A DNA stretch of 64,000 nt from assembly GCA_963706325.1 (NCBI GenBank), contig CAVPLT010000004.1:32001-96000 (forward strand). The letters are read 5' to 3'. Positions 30,927 to 43,316 of the stretch are shown here, piece after piece. Under the pieces are notes generated by a model that saw only the letters and a program-made list of their open reading frames with translations, did no database searches and had not been told where the DNA came from. This DNA comes from an uncultured Nitrospiraceae bacterium (lineage in GTDB: Bacteria; Nitrospirota; Nitrospiria; Nitrospirales; Nitrospiraceae). The translations under genes were made by a program, and so were the position numbers. Each line of letters opens with the position of its first letter. Position 1 is the stretch's first letter.

Positions 30927-33008
30927 GTGGCCAGGCAGACACCGTTAGAGCGTACTCGAAATATCGGCATCATGGCGCATATTGATGCTGGAAAGACGAC
31001 GACCACTGAGCGAATTCTCTATTACACGGGAATGACGCATAAGATGGGAGAGGTGCATGAGGGCGCTGCGACGATGGATTGGATGGAGCAGGAGCGTGAG
31101 CGTGGCATTACCATCACCGCGGCCGCAACGACCTGCTTCTGGCGCGAGCACCGTATCAATATTATCGATACGCCTGGTCACGTAGATTTCACCATTGAGG
31201 TTGAGCGTTCGTTGCGGGTTCTTGATGGTGCCGTTGCGGCATTTGACTCGGTGCAGGGTGTCGAGCCTCAGTCTGAGACCGTGTGGCGCCAAGCTGATAA
31301 GTATGAGGTCCCTCGCATCGCTTTTATGAATAAGATGGATCGTATCGGGGCAGATTTTTACGCCAGTGTTCAGTCGATTATCGATCGTTTGGGCGCCAAT
31401 CCTGTGCCCATTCAGATCCCGATCGGGCGCGAATCGGAGTTTCGTGGCTCTGTCGATCTCATTACGATGAAGGGATACTTTTACGACGACGAAACGCTTG
31501 GGGCTAAATATAAAATCGGTGAAATTCCTGCCGATATGGTCGACCAGGCAAGCGAGTATCGGCAGAAAATGCTCGATGCGGTTGCCGAATTCGATGATCA
31601 CGTCATGGAGAAGTATATCAACGGTCAGTCGTTGAGTGAAGACGAGGTCCGGCGTGTCGTTCGTGCCGGCACTATCTCTATGAAGATCGTTCCTGTGCTT
31701 TGCGGCTCTGCCTTTAAGAATAAGGGTGTACAGCAGTTGCTGGATGGCGTTGTTGATTTCCTTCCTTCGCCGGTTGATATCCCGCCAGTGATCGGGGTGG
31801 AGCCTAACGGCGGGAAAGAAGTGCAGCGTGCGCCCTCCGATTCTGAACCATTTTCCGCGCTTGCATTTAAAATCATGACTGACCCCTTTGCTGGACAGCT
31901 GACGTTTTTTCGAGTGTATTCAGGCACCTTAAAGACCGGAACTCCGGTTCTCAACGTGACTAAGGGAACGAAGGATCGCGTCGGGCGCCTTTTGAAGATG
32001 CATGCGAATAAGCGCGAGGAAATCGACATTGTCTACGCGGGGGATATTGCCGCCGCCGTGGGACTCAAGGGGGCGACGACCGGAGACACATTGGCTGACG
32101 AGAAACAGCCGGTCCTTCTCGAGATCATGAAATTTCCAGAGCCGGTCATTGCCATGGCTATTGAGCCAAAGACCAAGCCAGACCAGGAAAAGATGGGATT
32201 CGCGCTACAGAAGTTGGCGCAGGAGGATCCTTCGTTCAGGGTTCGGACTGATGAGGAAACTGCTCAGACGATTATTGCCGGGATGGGAGAGTTGCATCTC
32301 GAAATCATTGTCGATCGCATGCTGCGCGAATTTAAGGTCGAGGCCAATGTCGGCAAGCCTGAGGTGGCGTTTCGTGAAACCATTCGCCGCAAGGCGGAGG
32401 CTGAATCGAAGTACATCAAGCAGACGGGTGGGCGTGGACAGTATGGCCACGTTGTGTTGACGGTTGAACCGTCAGAGTCGGGTAAGGGTTTGGAGTTCAT
32501 CAATAAGACCGTTGGTGGGTCAATTCCTAAGGAATATATTCCTGCGATTGAAAAGGGTGTGAAGGAGCGGATGGAGACTGGGGTCGTGGCAGGCTTTCCC
32601 TTGCGTGATGTCAAGGTGACGGTGATTGATGGTTCCTACCATGACGTTGACTCTAATGAAATGGCTTTTAAAATTGCCGGTTCCATGGGTTTTGCCGATG
32701 CGTGCAAAAGGGCCGATCCTGTTCTTCTTGAGCCGATTATGAAGGTTGAAGTCCTGGTGCCACAGGAATTTATGGGTGATGTCATCGGGAATCTGAATGG
32801 TCGTCGCGGGAAGGTGCAGGGTATGAAGGTGCGTGCCGGGGCTCAGGCCATTGAAGCAACTGTCCCGTTGATGGAAATGTTTGGTTATGCGACGGATTTG
32901 CGGTCACGGACGCAAGGGCGTGCTACGTATAGCATGGAATTTGACCGCTACGACCAAGTGCCCAAGCAAATAGCGGAAGCGATCACTGCCAAGCATCGTG
33001 GCGAATAA
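30927..33008 (+). CDS. fusA: Elongation factor G
   Basis: [31 protein letters not shown]. Confidence 0.99.
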   Translation: MARQTPLERTRNIGIMAHIDAGKTTTTERILYYTGMTHKMGEVHEGAATMDWMEQERERGITITAAATTCFWREHRINIIDTPGHVDFTIEVERSLRVLDGAVAAFDSVQGVEPQSETVWRQADKYEVPRIAFMNKMDRIGADFYASVQSIIDRLGANPVPIQIPIGRESEFRGSVDLITMKGYFYDDETLGAKYKIGEIPADMVDQASEYRQKMLDAVAEFDDHVMEKYINGQSLSEDEVRRVVRAGTISMKIVPVLCGSAFKNKGVQQLLDGVVDFLPSPVDIPPVIGVEPNGGKEVQRAPSDSEPFSALAFKIMTDPFAGQLTFFRVYSGTLKTGTPVLNVTKGTKDRVGRLLKMHANKREEIDIVYAGDIAAAVGLKGATTGDTLADEKQPVLLEIMKFPEPVIAMAIEPKTKPDQEKMGFALQKLAQEDPSFRVRTDEETAQTIIAGMGELHLEIIVDRMLREFKVEANVGKPEVAFRETIRRKAEAESKYIKQTGGRGQYGHVVLTVEPSESGKGLEFINKTVGGSIPKEYIPAIEKGVKERMETGVVAGFPLRDVKVTVIDGSYHDVDSNEMAFKIAGSMGFADACKRADPVLLEPIMKVEVLVPQEFMGDVIGNLNGRRGKVQGMKVRAGAQAIEATVPLMEMFGYATDLRSRTQGRATYSMEFDRYDQVPKQIAEAITAKHRGE

Positions 33009-33042
33009 GTTTGTCGATTCTGTGAATTAGGGAGGATCGGGG

Positions 33043-34248
33043 ATGGCGAAGGCGAAATTTGAGCGACGAAAGCCCCACGTGAACATCGGGACGATCGGGC
33101 ACGTGGACCATGGCAAGACGACGTTGACGAGTGCCCTGACCAAGATCTGCTCGGACAAGGGCATGGCGAAGTTCATCAGCTATGACGAAGTGGCGAAGGC
33201 CTCGGAGAGCCAAGGGCGGCGCGATGCCAGCAAGATCATGACCATCGCGATCAGCCACGTGGAGTATGAGACGGCCAACCGGCACTATGCGCACGTCGAT
33301 TGTCCGGGCCACGCGGATTATGTGAAGAACATGATCACCGGGGCCGCGCAAATGGACGGCGCGATTCTGGTGGTGAGCGCGGCCGACGGGCCCATGCCGC
33401 AGACGCGAGAGCACATTTTGTTGGCGCGCCAAGTCGGCGTCCCGTACATCGTGGTGTTTCTGAACAAGGCCGACAAGGTGGATGACAAGGAATTGCTGGA
33501 GCTGGTGGAGCTGGAAGTGCGGGAGTTGCTGACCAAGTACGAGTTTCCGGGCGACAAGATTCCCATCGTGCAGGGCTCGGCGTTGAAGGCGATCGAGGGG
33601 GATCAAGGGCCGTTGGGCGTACCGTCGATTCTGAAGTTATTGGAGGCCGTCGACACCTATATTCCGACGCCGACCCGCGCCATCGATAAGCCGTTTCTGA
33701 TGCCGATCGAAGACGTCTTCACGATCAGCGGGCGCGGGACGGTCGTGACGGGGCGCTGCGAGAAGGGGATCGTGAAGGTGGGCGATGAAATCGAAATCGT
33801 CGGGTTGAAGCCGACGCAGACGACCATCGTGACCGGCGTGGAAATGTTCCGCAAGGTTCTCGACGAAGGGCAGGCGGGCGATAACATCGGCGTCTTGCTG
33901 CGCGGGACGAAGAAGGAAGATGTGGAGCGGGGCATGGTGCTGGCGAAGCCCAAGAGCATCACGCCGCATACGAAGTTCAAGGCCGAGATCTATGTGTTGA
34001 CGAAGGAAGAGGGCGGGCGGCATACGCCGTTTTTCAACGGGTACCGGCCGCAGTTCTACTTCCGGACGACGGACGTGACGGGAATCGTGACGCTGACGCC
34101 GGGGGTGGAGATGGTCATGCCCGGAGACAATGTGACGGTGACCGGCGAGTTGATCAGCCCGATCGCCATGGATCAGGGGCTGCGCTTTGCGGTGCGCGAG
34201 GGTGGGAAAACCGTCGGCTCAGGCGTCGTCACTGAAATTCTAGCGTAG
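33043..34248 (+). CDS. tuf: Elongation factor Tu (copy 2)
   Basis: Protein identical to copy 1. Confidence 0.99.
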   Translation: MAKAKFERRKPHVNIGTIGHVDHGKTTLTSALTKICSDKGMAKFISYDEVAKASESQGRRDASKIMTIAISHVEYETANRHYAHVDCPGHADYVKNMITGAAQMDGAILVVSAADGPMPQTREHILLARQVGVPYIVVFLNKADKVDDKELLELVELEVRELLTKYEFPGDKIPIVQGSALKAIEGDQGPLGVPSILKLLEAVDTYIPTPTRAIDKPFLMPIEDVFTISGRGTVVTGRCEKGIVKVGDEIEIVGLKPTQTTIVTGVEMFRKVLDEGQAGDNIGVLLRGTKKEDVERGMVLAKPKSITPHTKFKAEIYVLTKEEGGRHTPFFNGYRPQFYFRTTDVTGIVTLTPGVEMVMPGDNVTVTGELISPIAMDQGLRFAVREGGKTVGSGVVTEILA

Positions 34249-34288
34249 CGATGTCGCAGGCATTAGGCCGGCATGTGAGGAGTAGAGC

Positions 34289-34600
34289 GTGAAAGTCGAT
34301 CAAAGAATTCGTATCAGGTTGCGCGGATTTGACTATCGCGTGCTTGATCAGTCTGTGGTGGAAATTGTTGAGACGGTTAGGAGAAGTGGCGCGAGAGTTG
34401 TTGGTCCAATTCCCTTACCGACAAGAATCGAGAAGTTTACAGTTCTGCGGTCGACTCATGTTGACAAGAAGTCCCGCGAACAATTTGAGATCCGTACGCA
34501 CAAGCGGCTGTTGGATATCATGGAGCCCACGCCCGAGACGATGGATTCCCTGATGAAGCTAAATTTGGCAGCGGGTGTGGATGTGGAAATCAAGCTCTGA
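34289..34600 (+). CDS. rpsJ: 30S ribosomal protein S10
   Basis: [21 protein letters not shown]. Confidence 0.99.
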   Translation: MKVDQRIRIRLRGFDYRVLDQSVVEIVETVRRSGARVVGPIPLPTRIEKFTVLRSTHVDKKSREQFEIRTHKRLLDIMEPTPETMDSLMKLNLAAGVDVEIKL

Positions 34601-34641
34601 TGGTTGGTTAAGCCAACTGTAACTGAGCTGACAGGAAGATG

Positions 34642-35262
34642 ATGACAAACGGATTATTGGGTAGAAAATTAGGAATGACCCAGGTTTACGACGAAAGCGT
34701 GCTAGAGCCAGTCACAGTGATTGAGGCCGGTCCTTGTCGAGTCGTGGCGATTAGGACCAAGGAGCGAGACGGTTATGAGGCGGTGCAACTCTCTTTTGGG
34801 GAGGTGAAGGAGCGTAAGTTATCCAGCGGCGAGCTCGGTCACCTTAAAAAGCATCAGGCTCCAGCTAGTCGTTGGCTCAGAGAATTTCCCAAGGTTGGAG
34901 ATGTGACTGTCGGTGCAACCGTAAAAGTCGATATGTTCAAGAAGGGTGATTGGGTGGATGTGGTTGGGGTATCTAAGGGTAAAGGCTTCCAGGGGGTCAT
35001 GAAGCGCCATAACTACTCCGGTGGGCCGGAGTCTCACGGTTCCATGTTTCACCGCGCACCGGGTTCAATTGGTGCCAGTTCATATCCATCGCGAGTCTGG
35101 AAGAATAAGGCCCTCCCTGGGCATATGGGGGATGAGCGCGTAACTGTACAGCGCTTGAAGGTGATTGACGCTCGTCCAGATGAAAACCTGTTGTTTGTCC
35201 GCGGAGCAGTGCCAGGTGGTGTGAATGGGCTGCTGATTGTGCGGAAGTCGAAGAAGAGTTGA
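34642..35262 (+). CDS. rplC: 50S ribosomal protein L3
   Basis: [22 protein letters not shown]. Confidence 0.98.
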   Translation: MTNGLLGRKLGMTQVYDESVLEPVTVIEAGPCRVVAIRTKERDGYEAVQLSFGEVKERKLSSGELGHLKKHQAPASRWLREFPKVGDVTVGATVKVDMFKKGDWVDVVGVSKGKGFQGVMKRHNYSGGPESHGSMFHRAPGSIGASSYPSRVWKNKALPGHMGDERVTVQRLKVIDARPDENLLFVRGAVPGGVNGLLIVRKSKKS

Positions 35263-35265
35263 GCT

Positions 35266-35889
35266 ATGCCGACCGTTGACGTTATTGATTCGAAAAAGAA
35301 AAAAGTAGGTACGGTAGATTTGCCGAACGAAGTATTCGGCTGCAAGCCCCATGTCACTCTCGTTCACGAAGTCGTTGTGATGCAGCGAGCCTGTGATCGT
35401 CAGGGCACCGCGTCCACATTGCGTCGAGGCGAAGTGAGTGGGTCAGGCAAGAAGCCTTGGAAGCAAAAGCATACGGGGCGCGCACGTGCTGGATCGATCC
35501 GTTCTCCGGTATGGAGGCATGGAGGGACTGTGTTCGGTCCCAAGCCGAGGAGCTACGCGTTCGGAATGCCGAGAAAGAAATACCGAGCGGCATTACAAAG
35601 CGCGCTGTCGGCAAAATTGCTTGAGGGAAGTGTGGTTGTGGTGTCCGACTTAGCGATTGAGCAGGCTAAGACGAAGCTGCTTGCCAAGGCATTAACCCAG
35701 CTTGGGATTGCGGGCAGTACGTTACTTGTCATCGGCGATGCAGGTTCAAATGTGGTGCAGGCGGGAAAAAATCTCGCTCACGTCACGGTGCTCAGGCCTG
35801 AAGAGCTGAATGTGTATGACATTGTGCGCTGCAACTCCATTGTTATCCCTCAGCGTGAGTTGGACCGTGTTCGTGAGGTGTGGTCATGA
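35266..35889 (+). CDS. rplD: 50S ribosomal protein L4
   Basis: KKPWKQKHTGRARAGSIRSP. Confidence 0.98.
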   Translation: MPTVDVIDSKKKKVGTVDLPNEVFGCKPHVTLVHEVVVMQRACDRQGTASTLRRGEVSGSGKKPWKQKHTGRARAGSIRSPVWRHGGTVFGPKPRSYAFGMPRKKYRAALQSALSAKLLEGSVVVVSDLAIEQAKTKLLAKALTQLGIAGSTLLVIGDAGSNVVQAGKNLAHVTVLRPEELNVYDIVRCNSIVIPQRELDRVREVWS

Positions 35890-36179
35890 AGGGCGACCTC
35901 CATCAGGTGCTTATCCAGCCATTGTTGACTGAAAAAATTACCGCACTGCGGGAGCAAACGAATACGGTCGGGTTTTTAGTGCATCCGGATGCGAATAAAA
36001 TCCAGATTAAGCAGGCTGTCGAATCGCTACTCAAGGTTAAGGTTTCGCGCGTGAATGTGGTCAATATTCGCGGCAAGGTCAAGCGATTAGGTCGGTTTGT
36101 TGGAAAAAGATCTGATTGGAAGAAGGCATTCGTCACCTTGAAGGAAGGCGAGAAGCTGGAGCTGTACGAAGGCGTGTAG
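35886..36179 (+). CDS. rplW: 50S ribosomal protein L23
   Basis: ANKIQIKQAVE, WKKAFVTL; ATGA overlap with rplD. Confidence 0.97.
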   Translation: MKGDLHQVLIQPLLTEKITALREQTNTVGFLVHPDANKIQIKQAVESLLKVKVSRVNVVNIRGKVKRLGRFVGKRSDWKKAFVTLKEGEKLELYEGV

Positions 36180-36212
36180 CGTGCGGTCATCTCGACAGAG
36201 TGGGAATCAGCT

Positions 36213-37040
36213 ATGGCATTAAAAGTTTATAAGCCAACATCTCCGGGGCGGCGTGGAATGACCGCCATACAAGGCGAGCAGCTGACGAAGAAGAAGCCTG
36301 AAAAGGCGCTGACGGGATTCCACCTTCGCACTGGCGGAAGAAATAACGATGGTCGACAAACGATTCGTTTTCGTGGCGGTGGGCATAAGCGATTGTACCG
36401 TCAGATTGATTTCCGCCGTGACAAGGTTGGTGTTCCGGCCAAGGTGGCGGCGATTGAATATGATCCAAACCGTTCAGCGAGAATTGCGTTGCTGCATTAT
36501 GCGGATGGTGAAAAGCGATACATTTTGGCCCCGGTTGGCCTTGCGGTGGGCGATAGCGTTGAAGCTGGTGCCGGTGCGGAGGTTCGTTCAGGGAATTCGC
36601 TTCCCCTGCTCAATATCCCTCTAGGTACCACGATTCATAATATTGAATTAAAGCCAGGGAAAGGTGGTCAGCTCGTACGCAGTGCCGGAGGATCGGCCCA
36701 GGTGATGGGTCGTGATGGGTTGTATGTACAGATTCGTCTCAACTCAGGGGAAATGCGCAAGGTCTTGTCGACCTGTGTGGCCACTGTTGGGCAGGTAGGA
36801 AATGTCGACCACGAAAATGTGGTAGTTGGCAAGGCTGGACGCACGCGATGGAAGGGCAGGCGTCCCCATGTTCGTGGCGTCGTCATGAACCCGGTCGATC
36901 ACCCGCACGGCGGTGGAGAGGGGAAGTCTGGTCAGGGTAATCCCCATCCCGTGTCTCCGTGGGGCACTCCGGCCAAGGGTTACAAAACGCGCAAGAACAA
37001 GGCGACCGACAAATTCATAATCGCGCGCAGAAAGAAGTAG
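36213..37040 (+). CDS. rplB: 50S ribosomal protein L2
   Basis: [21 protein letters not shown]. Confidence 0.99.
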   Translation: MALKVYKPTSPGRRGMTAIQGEQLTKKKPEKALTGFHLRTGGRNNDGRQTIRFRGGGHKRLYRQIDFRRDKVGVPAKVAAIEYDPNRSARIALLHYADGEKRYILAPVGLAVGDSVEAGAGAEVRSGNSLPLLNIPLGTTIHNIELKPGKGGQLVRSAGGSAQVMGRDGLYVQIRLNSGEMRKVLSTCVATVGQVGNVDHENVVVGKAGRTRWKGRRPHVRGVVMNPVDHPHGGGEGKSGQGNPHPVSPWGTPAKGYKTRKNKATDKFIIARRKK

Positions 37041-37050
37041 GAGCGGACTT

Positions 37051-37338
37051 ATGCCTCGTTCAGTTACAAAAGGTCCCTTTGTCGATGATCATCTGCTCAA
37101 GAAAGTAGAGCTGATGAATCAAAATAAAGACCGGAAACTTATCAAGACATGGTCGCGGCGATCAACTGTGGTTCCGGATATGATCGGGCATACGTTTGCG
37201 GTTCATAATGGGAAGAAGTTCATCCCCGTGTTCGTCACGGAAAATATGGTCGGCCATAAGCTGGGGGAATTTGCTCCGACGCGCTTCTTCAAGGGGCACG
37301 GACAGGCAAAGACTGAAAAGGCAGTGGCGCTTAAGTAA
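37051..37338 (+). CDS. rpsS: 30S ribosomal protein S19
   Basis: [18 protein letters not shown]. Confidence 0.99.
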   Translation: MPRSVTKGPFVDDHLLKKVELMNQNKDRKLIKTWSRRSTVVPDMIGHTFAVHNGKKFIPVFVTENMVGHKLGEFAPTRFFKGHGQAKTEKAVALK

Positions 37339-37382
37339 TTGCGGGCTTCTTGAGAAGTCGGCAGGTTCGGATGGGGTCAGCT

Positions 37383-37724
37383 ATGGCAGAAGCAAAAGCA
37401 AATTTAAGGTTTGTGCGGGTTACGCCTCGAAAGGCGCGCGTCGTGATCGACATGATTCGAGGGCAACAAGTGCCGATGGCTCTTGCCATGCTCCGGCATA
37501 CTCCGAAGCACGCAGCACGGGTGATCGAAAAGCTGCTTAAGTCAGCGGTGGCCAATGCTGAGCAAAAGGAGTTGGGCGATACTGACGAAATGTGGATTAG
37601 TCAAGCAGTCGTCAACTGTGGGCCGATCTATAAGCGCTTTCGTGCCAGATCCATGGGACGGGCGAATTCTATTCAGAAGCGTACGAGTCATATTACGATT
37701 GCGGTTGCCGTCCCTGGGGCGTGA
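37383..37724 (+). CDS. rplV: 50S ribosomal protein L22
   Basis: PRKAR.V.D.IRG, SAVANAE, KRTSHITI. Confidence 0.97.
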   Translation: MAEAKANLRFVRVTPRKARVVIDMIRGQQVPMALAMLRHTPKHAARVIEKLLKSAVANAEQKELGDTDEMWISQAVVNCGPIYKRFRARSMGRANSIQKRTSHITIAVAVPGA

Positions 37725-37767
37725 CCGGATAACTAGCGTTTTACACTTAGACTGAGGTTGATTTTCA

Positions 37768-38436
37768 ATGGGTCAGAAGACACATCCAATTGGTTATCGC
37801 ATCGGGTATAACTACACCTGGAGCTCCCGCTGGTATGCGGACAAAGACTACGCCAGACTTCTCCATCAAGATATCAAGATACGAAAGATGGTCAAGGCTA
37901 AGCTATACCATGCTGGCGTCTCCAAGGTAGAGATCGAGCGATCAGGCGATCAGACCAGGGTGATTATCCACACCGCTCGTCCGGGCATTATTATCGGTCG
38001 CAAGGGAGCTGAAGTTGACAAGCTCAAAGCTGCACTTGAGAAGGAGTACTCCGGCCAGGCCTATATCACTGTGAAGGAAATTAAGAAACCTGAGCTGGAT
38101 GCGCAGTTGGTCAGTGAGAATGTCGCCACTCAGTTGGAAAAGCGCGTGGCGTTCCGTCGGGCGATGAAGCGCAGTGTGCAATCTGCGCTCCGTTTGGGTG
38201 CCCAGGGCATCAAAATCATGGTTGCGGGGCGATTGGGTGGAGCTGAGATTGCGAGGACCGAGTGGTACCGCGAAGGCCGCGTGCCGCTACATACGTTGCG
38301 CGCAGAGATAGATTACGGTTTTGCCGAGGCTCACACCACCATGGGCCAGATCGGGGTGAAAGCCTGGATCTACAAGGGTGAGCTTCTGCCTGCGCTCCAG
38401 CTAAAGCCAGACTCTTCATTGGGTCGACTTGGTTAA
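37768..38436 (+). CDS. rpsC: 30S ribosomal protein S3
   Basis: [19 protein letters not shown]. Confidence 0.99.
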   Translation: MGQKTHPIGYRIGYNYTWSSRWYADKDYARLLHQDIKIRKMVKAKLYHAGVSKVEIERSGDQTRVIIHTARPGIIIGRKGAEVDKLKAALEKEYSGQAYITVKEIKKPELDAQLVSENVATQLEKRVAFRRAMKRSVQSALRLGAQGIKIMVAGRLGGAEIARTEWYREGRVPLHTLRAEIDYGFAEAHTTMGQIGVKAWIYKGELLPALQLKPDSSLGRLG

Positions 38437-38463
38437 AGAACTCGATAAGGAAAAGGTGGCCTT

Positions 38464-38880
38464 GTGTTAGCGCCAAAGAAAGTCAAATTTAGAAAAATGC
38501 AGAAGGGTCGGATGCGGGGGAAGGCCTACCGCGGAGGAGCCATTACGCTCGGCGAATTCGGATTGAAGGCACTGGAGCCTGGTTGGGTCACCAGCCGTCA
38601 AATCGAGGCCGCCCGTATTGCCATCACTCGATTCGTCAAGCGAGGCGGGCAGGTGTGGACTAGAATTTTTCCTGACAAGCCTATCACCAAAAAGCCGGCA
38701 GAAACCCGCATGGGTAAGGGCAAAGGGAATCCGGAGTATTGGGTAGCCGTCGTGAAGCCGGGGAGAATCATGTACGAAATGGGAGGGGTGGCTCCCGATG
38801 TTGCGAAGCAAGCATTAAAGTTAGCTGCTTATAAGCTTCCCATCGCAACCAAGTTTGTTGCGCGCGGCGAGTTTCAGTAA
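38464..38880 (+). CDS. rplP: 50S ribosomal protein L16
   Basis: [16 protein letters not shown]. Confidence 0.99.
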   Translation: MLAPKKVKFRKMQKGRMRGKAYRGGAITLGEFGLKALEPGWVTSRQIEAARIAITRFVKRGGQVWTRIFPDKPITKKPAETRMGKGKGNPEYWVAVVKPGRIMYEMGGVAPDVAKQALKLAAYKLPIATKFVARGEFQ

Positions 38881-38908
38881 CCTGTAGCCTGTGTTGAGTG
38901 GTGATGTG

Positions 38909-39130
38909 ATGGATGTGAAAGACATGAGCGGGCTCACGATCGATGAATTATCCGACAAGGAAAAGCAGCTCCGTCAAGAGCTGTTCACCTTTCGATTTCA
39001 GCTTGGTACGGGCCGCCTCGAAAATCCGATGCAAGTCCGGAATACTAAGCGTGACATTGCCCGACTCAAAACGGTGAAACGTCAATTGGAATTGCTCCAG
39101 ACACAAGCCGGCCACCTCGGCGGCAAGTAA
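38909..39130 (+). CDS. rpmC: 50S ribosomal protein L29
   Basis: [21 protein letters not shown]. Confidence 0.95.
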   Translation: MDVKDMSGLTIDELSDKEKQLRQELFTFRFQLGTGRLENPMQVRNTKRDIARLKTVKRQLELLQTQAGHLGGK

Positions 39131-39144
39131 GAGAGAAGAGGCGT

Positions 39145-39414
39145 ATGAAGGAAGGCCAACGACATCGGCGTGAGTGGTACGGTAGCGTCGTCAGTAACAA
39201 AATGAATAAGACTGTGGTAGTTGCCGTTGAGCGATCGGTGATTCACCCGGTTTATAAAAAGGTTCTTCGACGGCTCACGACGCTTAAGGCCCACGATGAG
39301 GGGAATGTGTGCAAGGTTGGAGATCGGGTGCAACTGGCCGAGACCCGTCCCATCAGCAAAGACAAGCACTGGCGTGTGGTACGTGTCATGGTAAAGGGGC
39401 AGCCTGAAAAGTAA
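39145..39414 (+). CDS. rpsQ: 30S ribosomal protein S17
   Basis: [21 protein letters not shown]. Confidence 0.98.
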   Translation: MKEGQRHRREWYGSVVSNKMNKTVVVAVERSVIHPVYKKVLRRLTTLKAHDEGNVCKVGDRVQLAETRPISKDKHWRVVRVMVKGQPEK

Positions 39415-39478
39415 CTCCGGATTACACTTGAAATGCCAAGGGACTATTCCTTTTTGGCAGGGTGAGTAGGGCAGGGGC

Positions 39479-39847
39479 ATGATTCAGAATTACACATACA
39501 TGGATGTAGCCGATAATTCCGGCGCGAAGCAGGTCATGTGTTTCCATGTGCTTGGGGGAACACGGCGACGATATGGATCTCTTGGTGACATTGTGGTCGT
39601 TGCAGTTAAGGAAGCAATTCCTCAGGCTGGGGTCAAGAAGGGCGATGTGAGCCGAGCCGTTATTGTGCGAACGACGAAGGAAGTTCGAAGGGACGATGGT
39701 TCCTATATTAAATTTGATCGCAACGCCTGTGTTTTGATCAATGCTCAGGGGGAGCCCGTCGGAACTCGTATCTTTGGACCCGTCGCACGGGAACTGCGCT
39801 GGAAAAAATTCATGAAAATCATCTCGCTTGCTCCGGAAGTGTTGTAG
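39479..39847 (+). CDS. rplN: 50S ribosomal protein L14
   Basis: [20 protein letters not shown]. Confidence 0.99.
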   Translation: MIQNYTYMDVADNSGAKQVMCFHVLGGTRRRYGSLGDIVVVAVKEAIPQAGVKKGDVSRAVIVRTTKEVRRDDGSYIKFDRNACVLINAQGEPVGTRIFGPVARELRWKKFMKIISLAPEVL

Positions 39848-39873
39848 GTGGAAAAGGAAAGGTGTTAGCAAGG

Positions 39874-40200
39874 ATGGCGCGAATCAAAACGAAAATTCGC
39901 AAGGGCGATACCGTTGTGGTGGTCACCGGTCGTGAGCGTGGGAAGTCCGGTAAGGTCTTGTCGGTTGACACCGTGAATGCCAAGATCGTCGTGGAAAAGC
40001 TCAATATGCTCAAGCGTCACACGAAGCCGAATCAAAAGCTTCGGCAGGGTGGCATTCTTGAGCGGGAGGCACCCCTGGCCATCTCAAATGTCATGTTTTT
40101 GTGTCCAATAACGAAGAAACCAACTCGGTTGGGGATCAGGCGCAAAGACGACGGTGGCCGCGCCAGACTGAGTAAAAAATCAAAAGAAATCGTTGAATAG
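39874..40200 (+). CDS. rplX: 50S ribosomal protein L24
   Basis: [23 protein letters not shown]...SNV. Confidence 0.97.
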   Translation: MARIKTKIRKGDTVVVVTGRERGKSGKVLSVDTVNAKIVVEKLNMLKRHTKPNQKLRQGGILEREAPLAISNVMFLCPITKKPTRLGIRRKDDGGRARLSKKSKEIVE

Positions 40201-40220
40201 TCGGAACAGGAAAGACGTTC

Positions 40221-40874
40221 ATGGCAAAAGTTGAGAAGGGTAAGGGCGGCAAAGGGGCTAGTCCTCGGTCATCCGCAAAGAAGGAAGCTGTTGCACCTGA
40301 GTTGTCTCAGGATTCAGGGAGCGAGCATCAGTTCGCGCCTCGGCTCAGAGATACCTACCGAGATCAGGTTGTTCCAGCTCTCATGAAAGAATTCGGATAC
40401 GGTAATCTGATGCAGGTGCCACGGCTGGAGCGGATCGTATTGAATGTGGGAATGGGCGAAGCCATTCAGAATGTGAAATTACTTGAAAGTGCGTCCGCCG
40501 AATTGGGTATCATCACCGGGCAAAAGCCCATCACTACGCGGGCGAAAAAAGCGATCGCAGGATTTAAGTTGCGCCAGGGGATGCCGATTGGGGCGAAGGT
40601 TACGTTGCGCAGTCGACGCATGTGGGAATTTCTTGATCGTTTGATTTCCCTTGCACTCCCACGAATTCGTGATTTTCGCGGTGTGTCACCCAAGGCCTTC
40701 GATGGTCGTGGTAACTATACCCTTGGGTTAAAAGAGCAATTGATCTTCCCTGAAATCGAATATGACACTGTGGCCTCCATTCACGGAATGGATATCACCA
40801 TTGTCACCACCGCGCGAACAAATGATGAAGGTAAAGCATTGCTCAAACATTTGGGTATGCCATTCCGAGCTTAA
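40221..40874 (+). CDS. rplE: 50S ribosomal protein L5 with N-terminal extension
   Basis: [24 protein letters not shown]. Confidence 0.98.
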   Translation: MAKVEKGKGGKGASPRSSAKKEAVAPELSQDSGSEHQFAPRLRDTYRDQVVPALMKEFGYGNLMQVPRLERIVLNVGMGEAIQNVKLLESASAELGIITGQKPITTRAKKAIAGFKLRQGMPIGAKVTLRSRRMWEFLDRLISLALPRIRDFRGVSPKAFDGRGNYTLGLKEQLIFPEIEYDTVASIHGMDITIVTTARTNDEGKALLKHLGMPFRA

Positions 40875-40933
40875 TGATCGGCCCAAAGTGAGCTCGGTGT
40901 TGTTTTTCGACATGTCTTAGCAAGGGGGATCGT

Positions 40934-41119
40934 GTGTCAAGATTAGCACTGAAGAATAAGGCCGCCGCAAAACCAAAATTCAGCTGTCGGGAATACCACC
41001 GATGTGGCCTTTGCGGTCGAGTACGTGGGTTTCTGCGTCGCTTTCGTATGTGCCGCATCTGCTTTCGATCCCTTAGTCTTAAGGGGGAAATTCCAGGAGT
41101 TCGAAAGTCAAGTTGGTAG
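40934..41119 (+). CDS. rpsN: 30S ribosomal protein S14, short zinc-binding form
   Basis: [25 protein letters not shown]. Confidence 0.97.
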   Translation: MSRLALKNKAAAKPKFSCREYHRCGLCGRVRGFLRRFRMCRICFRSLSLKGEIPGVRKSSW

Positions 41120-41165
41120 ACGTTTCGGTCCCATGCTTGCTAGTGCAAGCGCAGAAGAGGATTGC

Positions 41166-41561
41166 ATGATTACTGATCCAATTGCTGATTTGTTGGTGAG
41201 ACTGGGTAACGCTGCGAGTCGCCGCCAGGATGTGGTGAAGGTTCCCGTTTCAAAGGTCAAACGCCAAATCCTCAATATTCTTGGTAAAGAGGGATTCATT
41301 CAAGGGTATGGCGAAATGCAAGTTGATGGCCACCCATTTTTCTCGGTTCAACTGCGCTATGTTGAAGAGACACGGCCTATGATCACGGGGATGCGCCGCA
41401 TCAGCAAGCCGGGGCGTCGAGTCTATGTTGGACGAGATGATGTACCGAAAGTGCGTAACGGCATCGGCGTGGCCGTCATTTCCACCTCGAAAGGTCTCAT
41501 GACCGACAGTGAATCCAGACGGTCCGGTTTAGGCGGTGAAGTTCTCTGTTCTGTCTGGTAA
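41166..41561 (+). CDS. rpsH: 30S ribosomal protein S8
   Basis: TDPIAD, RISKPGRRVY, STSKGLMTD, GGEVLC.VW. Confidence 0.98.
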   Translation: MITDPIADLLVRLGNAASRRQDVVKVPVSKVKRQILNILGKEGFIQGYGEMQVDGHPFFSVQLRYVEETRPMITGMRRISKPGRRVYVGRDDVPKVRNGIGVAVISTSKGLMTDSESRRSGLGGEVLCSVW

Positions 41562-41617
41562 ACATCGCTTGAGACACGCAGTAATATTTAGCATTGTAGT
41601 AACGTAACGGGGTTCGT

Positions 41618-42154
41618 ATGTCGCGGATAGGCAGAAAACCAATTCCAGTTCCGACCGGAGTCGATGTCAAGGTTGCTGGGCGCGTTGTTTCCATCAAGGG
41701 GCCTATGGGTAAGCTTGATTGGAATCTAACCGAAGGCATGAGCGTGGGTGTCAGTGACGGTCAACTTGTTGTGGCCAGGGCAAGCGATGCCAGAGAGTTA
41801 CGGGCTATGCACGGGTTAGTGCGCGCTGAGCTCAGTAACATAATTCAAGGAGTGACCAAGGGCTACGAAAAGGCCATGGAAATTACTGGGGTAGGCTATA
41901 AGGCACAGCTCCAGGGTAGAGAAATGAGTTTCAGCGTCGGCTACATTAATCCTGTGATCTTTACCGTTCCTCAGGGTATTGATGTGAAAGTCGATAAGCA
42001 AACGCTTATTTCCATTCGAGGTGTGGATAAGCGGCTCGTTGGTCAAGTTGCTGCAAATATCCGCTCAATCAAGCCCCCTGATGTGTATAAGCAAAAAGGA
42101 ATTCGCTACGCCGGTGAAGTCTTGCGGAAGAAGGCCGGCAAGACCGGGAAGTAG
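41618..42154 (+). CDS. rplF: 50S ribosomal protein L6
   Basis: MSRIGRKPI, GVGYKA, PPDVYK.KGIRY. Confidence 0.98.
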   Translation: MSRIGRKPIPVPTGVDVKVAGRVVSIKGPMGKLDWNLTEGMSVGVSDGQLVVARASDARELRAMHGLVRAELSNIIQGVTKGYEKAMEITGVGYKAQLQGREMSFSVGYINPVIFTVPQGIDVKVDKQTLISIRGVDKRLVGQVAANIRSIKPPDVYKQKGIRYAGEVLRKKAGKTGK

Positions 42155-42163
42155 AGGTTGCTC

Positions 42164-42529
42164 ATGAATACTCAAGAAAAAAATCGCAAGCTAGACCGTC
42201 GTAAACGTCGTGTGCGGAAGTCCGTAATTGGGACTAATGACCGACCACGATTGAATGTGTTTCGAAGCCGTTCGCATATCTACGCCCAGATCATTGATGA
42301 TCTCCGAGGGCACACGGTTGCCGCGGCGTCCACTTTGGATGAAGCCTTGAAAAAATCTGTAAAATCCACCGGTAGCATCGAAGGCGCGAAGGCTGTTGGT
42401 AAGCTCATCGCAGAGCGAGCAAAGGAAGCCAAAGTAACGATGGTGGTGTTTGATCGCGGTGGCCGCCAATATCATGGTCGCGTCAAAGCATTGGCCGAGG
42501 CGTCACGTGAAGGGGGGCTGCAATTTTAG
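42164..42529 (+). CDS. rplR: 50S ribosomal protein L18
   Basis: [31 protein letters not shown]. Confidence 0.98.
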   Translation: MNTQEKNRKLDRRKRRVRKSVIGTNDRPRLNVFRSRSHIYAQIIDDLRGHTVAAASTLDEALKKSVKSTGSIEGAKAVGKLIAERAKEAKVTMVVFDRGGRQYHGRVKALAEASREGGLQF

Positions 42530-42603
42530 TTGCAGCTTTGTCTGTGCTCCCCACCCTCTACTTGTAGTATGGCAAACGAGACGACTTAAAGGAGAATGAC
42601 GTT

Positions 42604-43107
42604 GTGCGAGTCAATCCCGAAGAATTGAGTCTTAAAGACAAGGTGGTGTTCATCAACCGCGTCGCCAAGGTTGTCAAGGGCGGAAAGCGTTTCAATTTTT
42701 GCGCCCTCGTTGTAGTCGGGGATGGGCAAGGGTATGTGGGAATTGGAAAAGGGAAGGCCGCAGAGGTTCCCGTAGCGATTTCCAAAGCGGTTGAGCAGGC
42801 CAAAAAACATCTGGTGAAGGTACCTATAAAAGGTGGAACCATCCCTCACGAAGTGCACGGACTGTTTGGCGCGGAGCACGTCCTATTAAAACCAGCGGCC
42901 GACGGAACGGGGATTATTGCGGGCGGGGCGGTTCGTGCGGTTGTGGAATTGGCTGGCGCCCATAACATCATTGCCAAGACATTGGGTCGTGGAAATCCGT
43001 TCAACACGGTGCGGGCAACTCTTAACGGACTCCAGCAACTGCGTGATCCGCAGGAAGTCATGCGGCTACGGCGAAGCCCTGGGGTCGAAGCGCAGGTACA
43101 TATCTGA
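42604..43107 (+). CDS. rpsE: 30S ribosomal protein S5
   Basis: [22 protein letters not shown]. Confidence 0.99.
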   Translation: MRVNPEELSLKDKVVFINRVAKVVKGGKRFNFCALVVVGDGQGYVGIGKGKAAEVPVAISKAVEQAKKHLVKVPIKGGTIPHEVHGLFGAEHVLLKPAADGTGIIAGGAVRAVVELAGAHNIIAKTLGRGNPFNTVRATLNGLQQLRDPQEVMRLRRSPGVEAQVHI

Positions 43108-43316
43108 TGGCTATTGAAAAAAGAACGACGACTGTGGCGTCTGGTTTTAAGATTACTCTGAAACGAAGCCCCATTGGGACTCCTTATAAGCACAGGTTGG
43201 TTCTCAGAGGATTAGGTCTTCGAAAAATGCATGCGACCGTATTACGGCCAGCCAGCGATCAAGTCAAGGGCATGATTGCCAAGGTGGGTTATCTATTGGA
43301 AGTGAGTCCGCAATGA
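43107..43316 (+). CDS. rpmD: 50S ribosomal protein L30
   Basis: [24 protein letters not shown]. Confidence 0.95.
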   Translation: MAIEKRTTTVASGFKITLKRSPIGTPYKHRLVLRGLGLRKMHATVLRPASDQVKGMIAKVGYLLEVSPQ

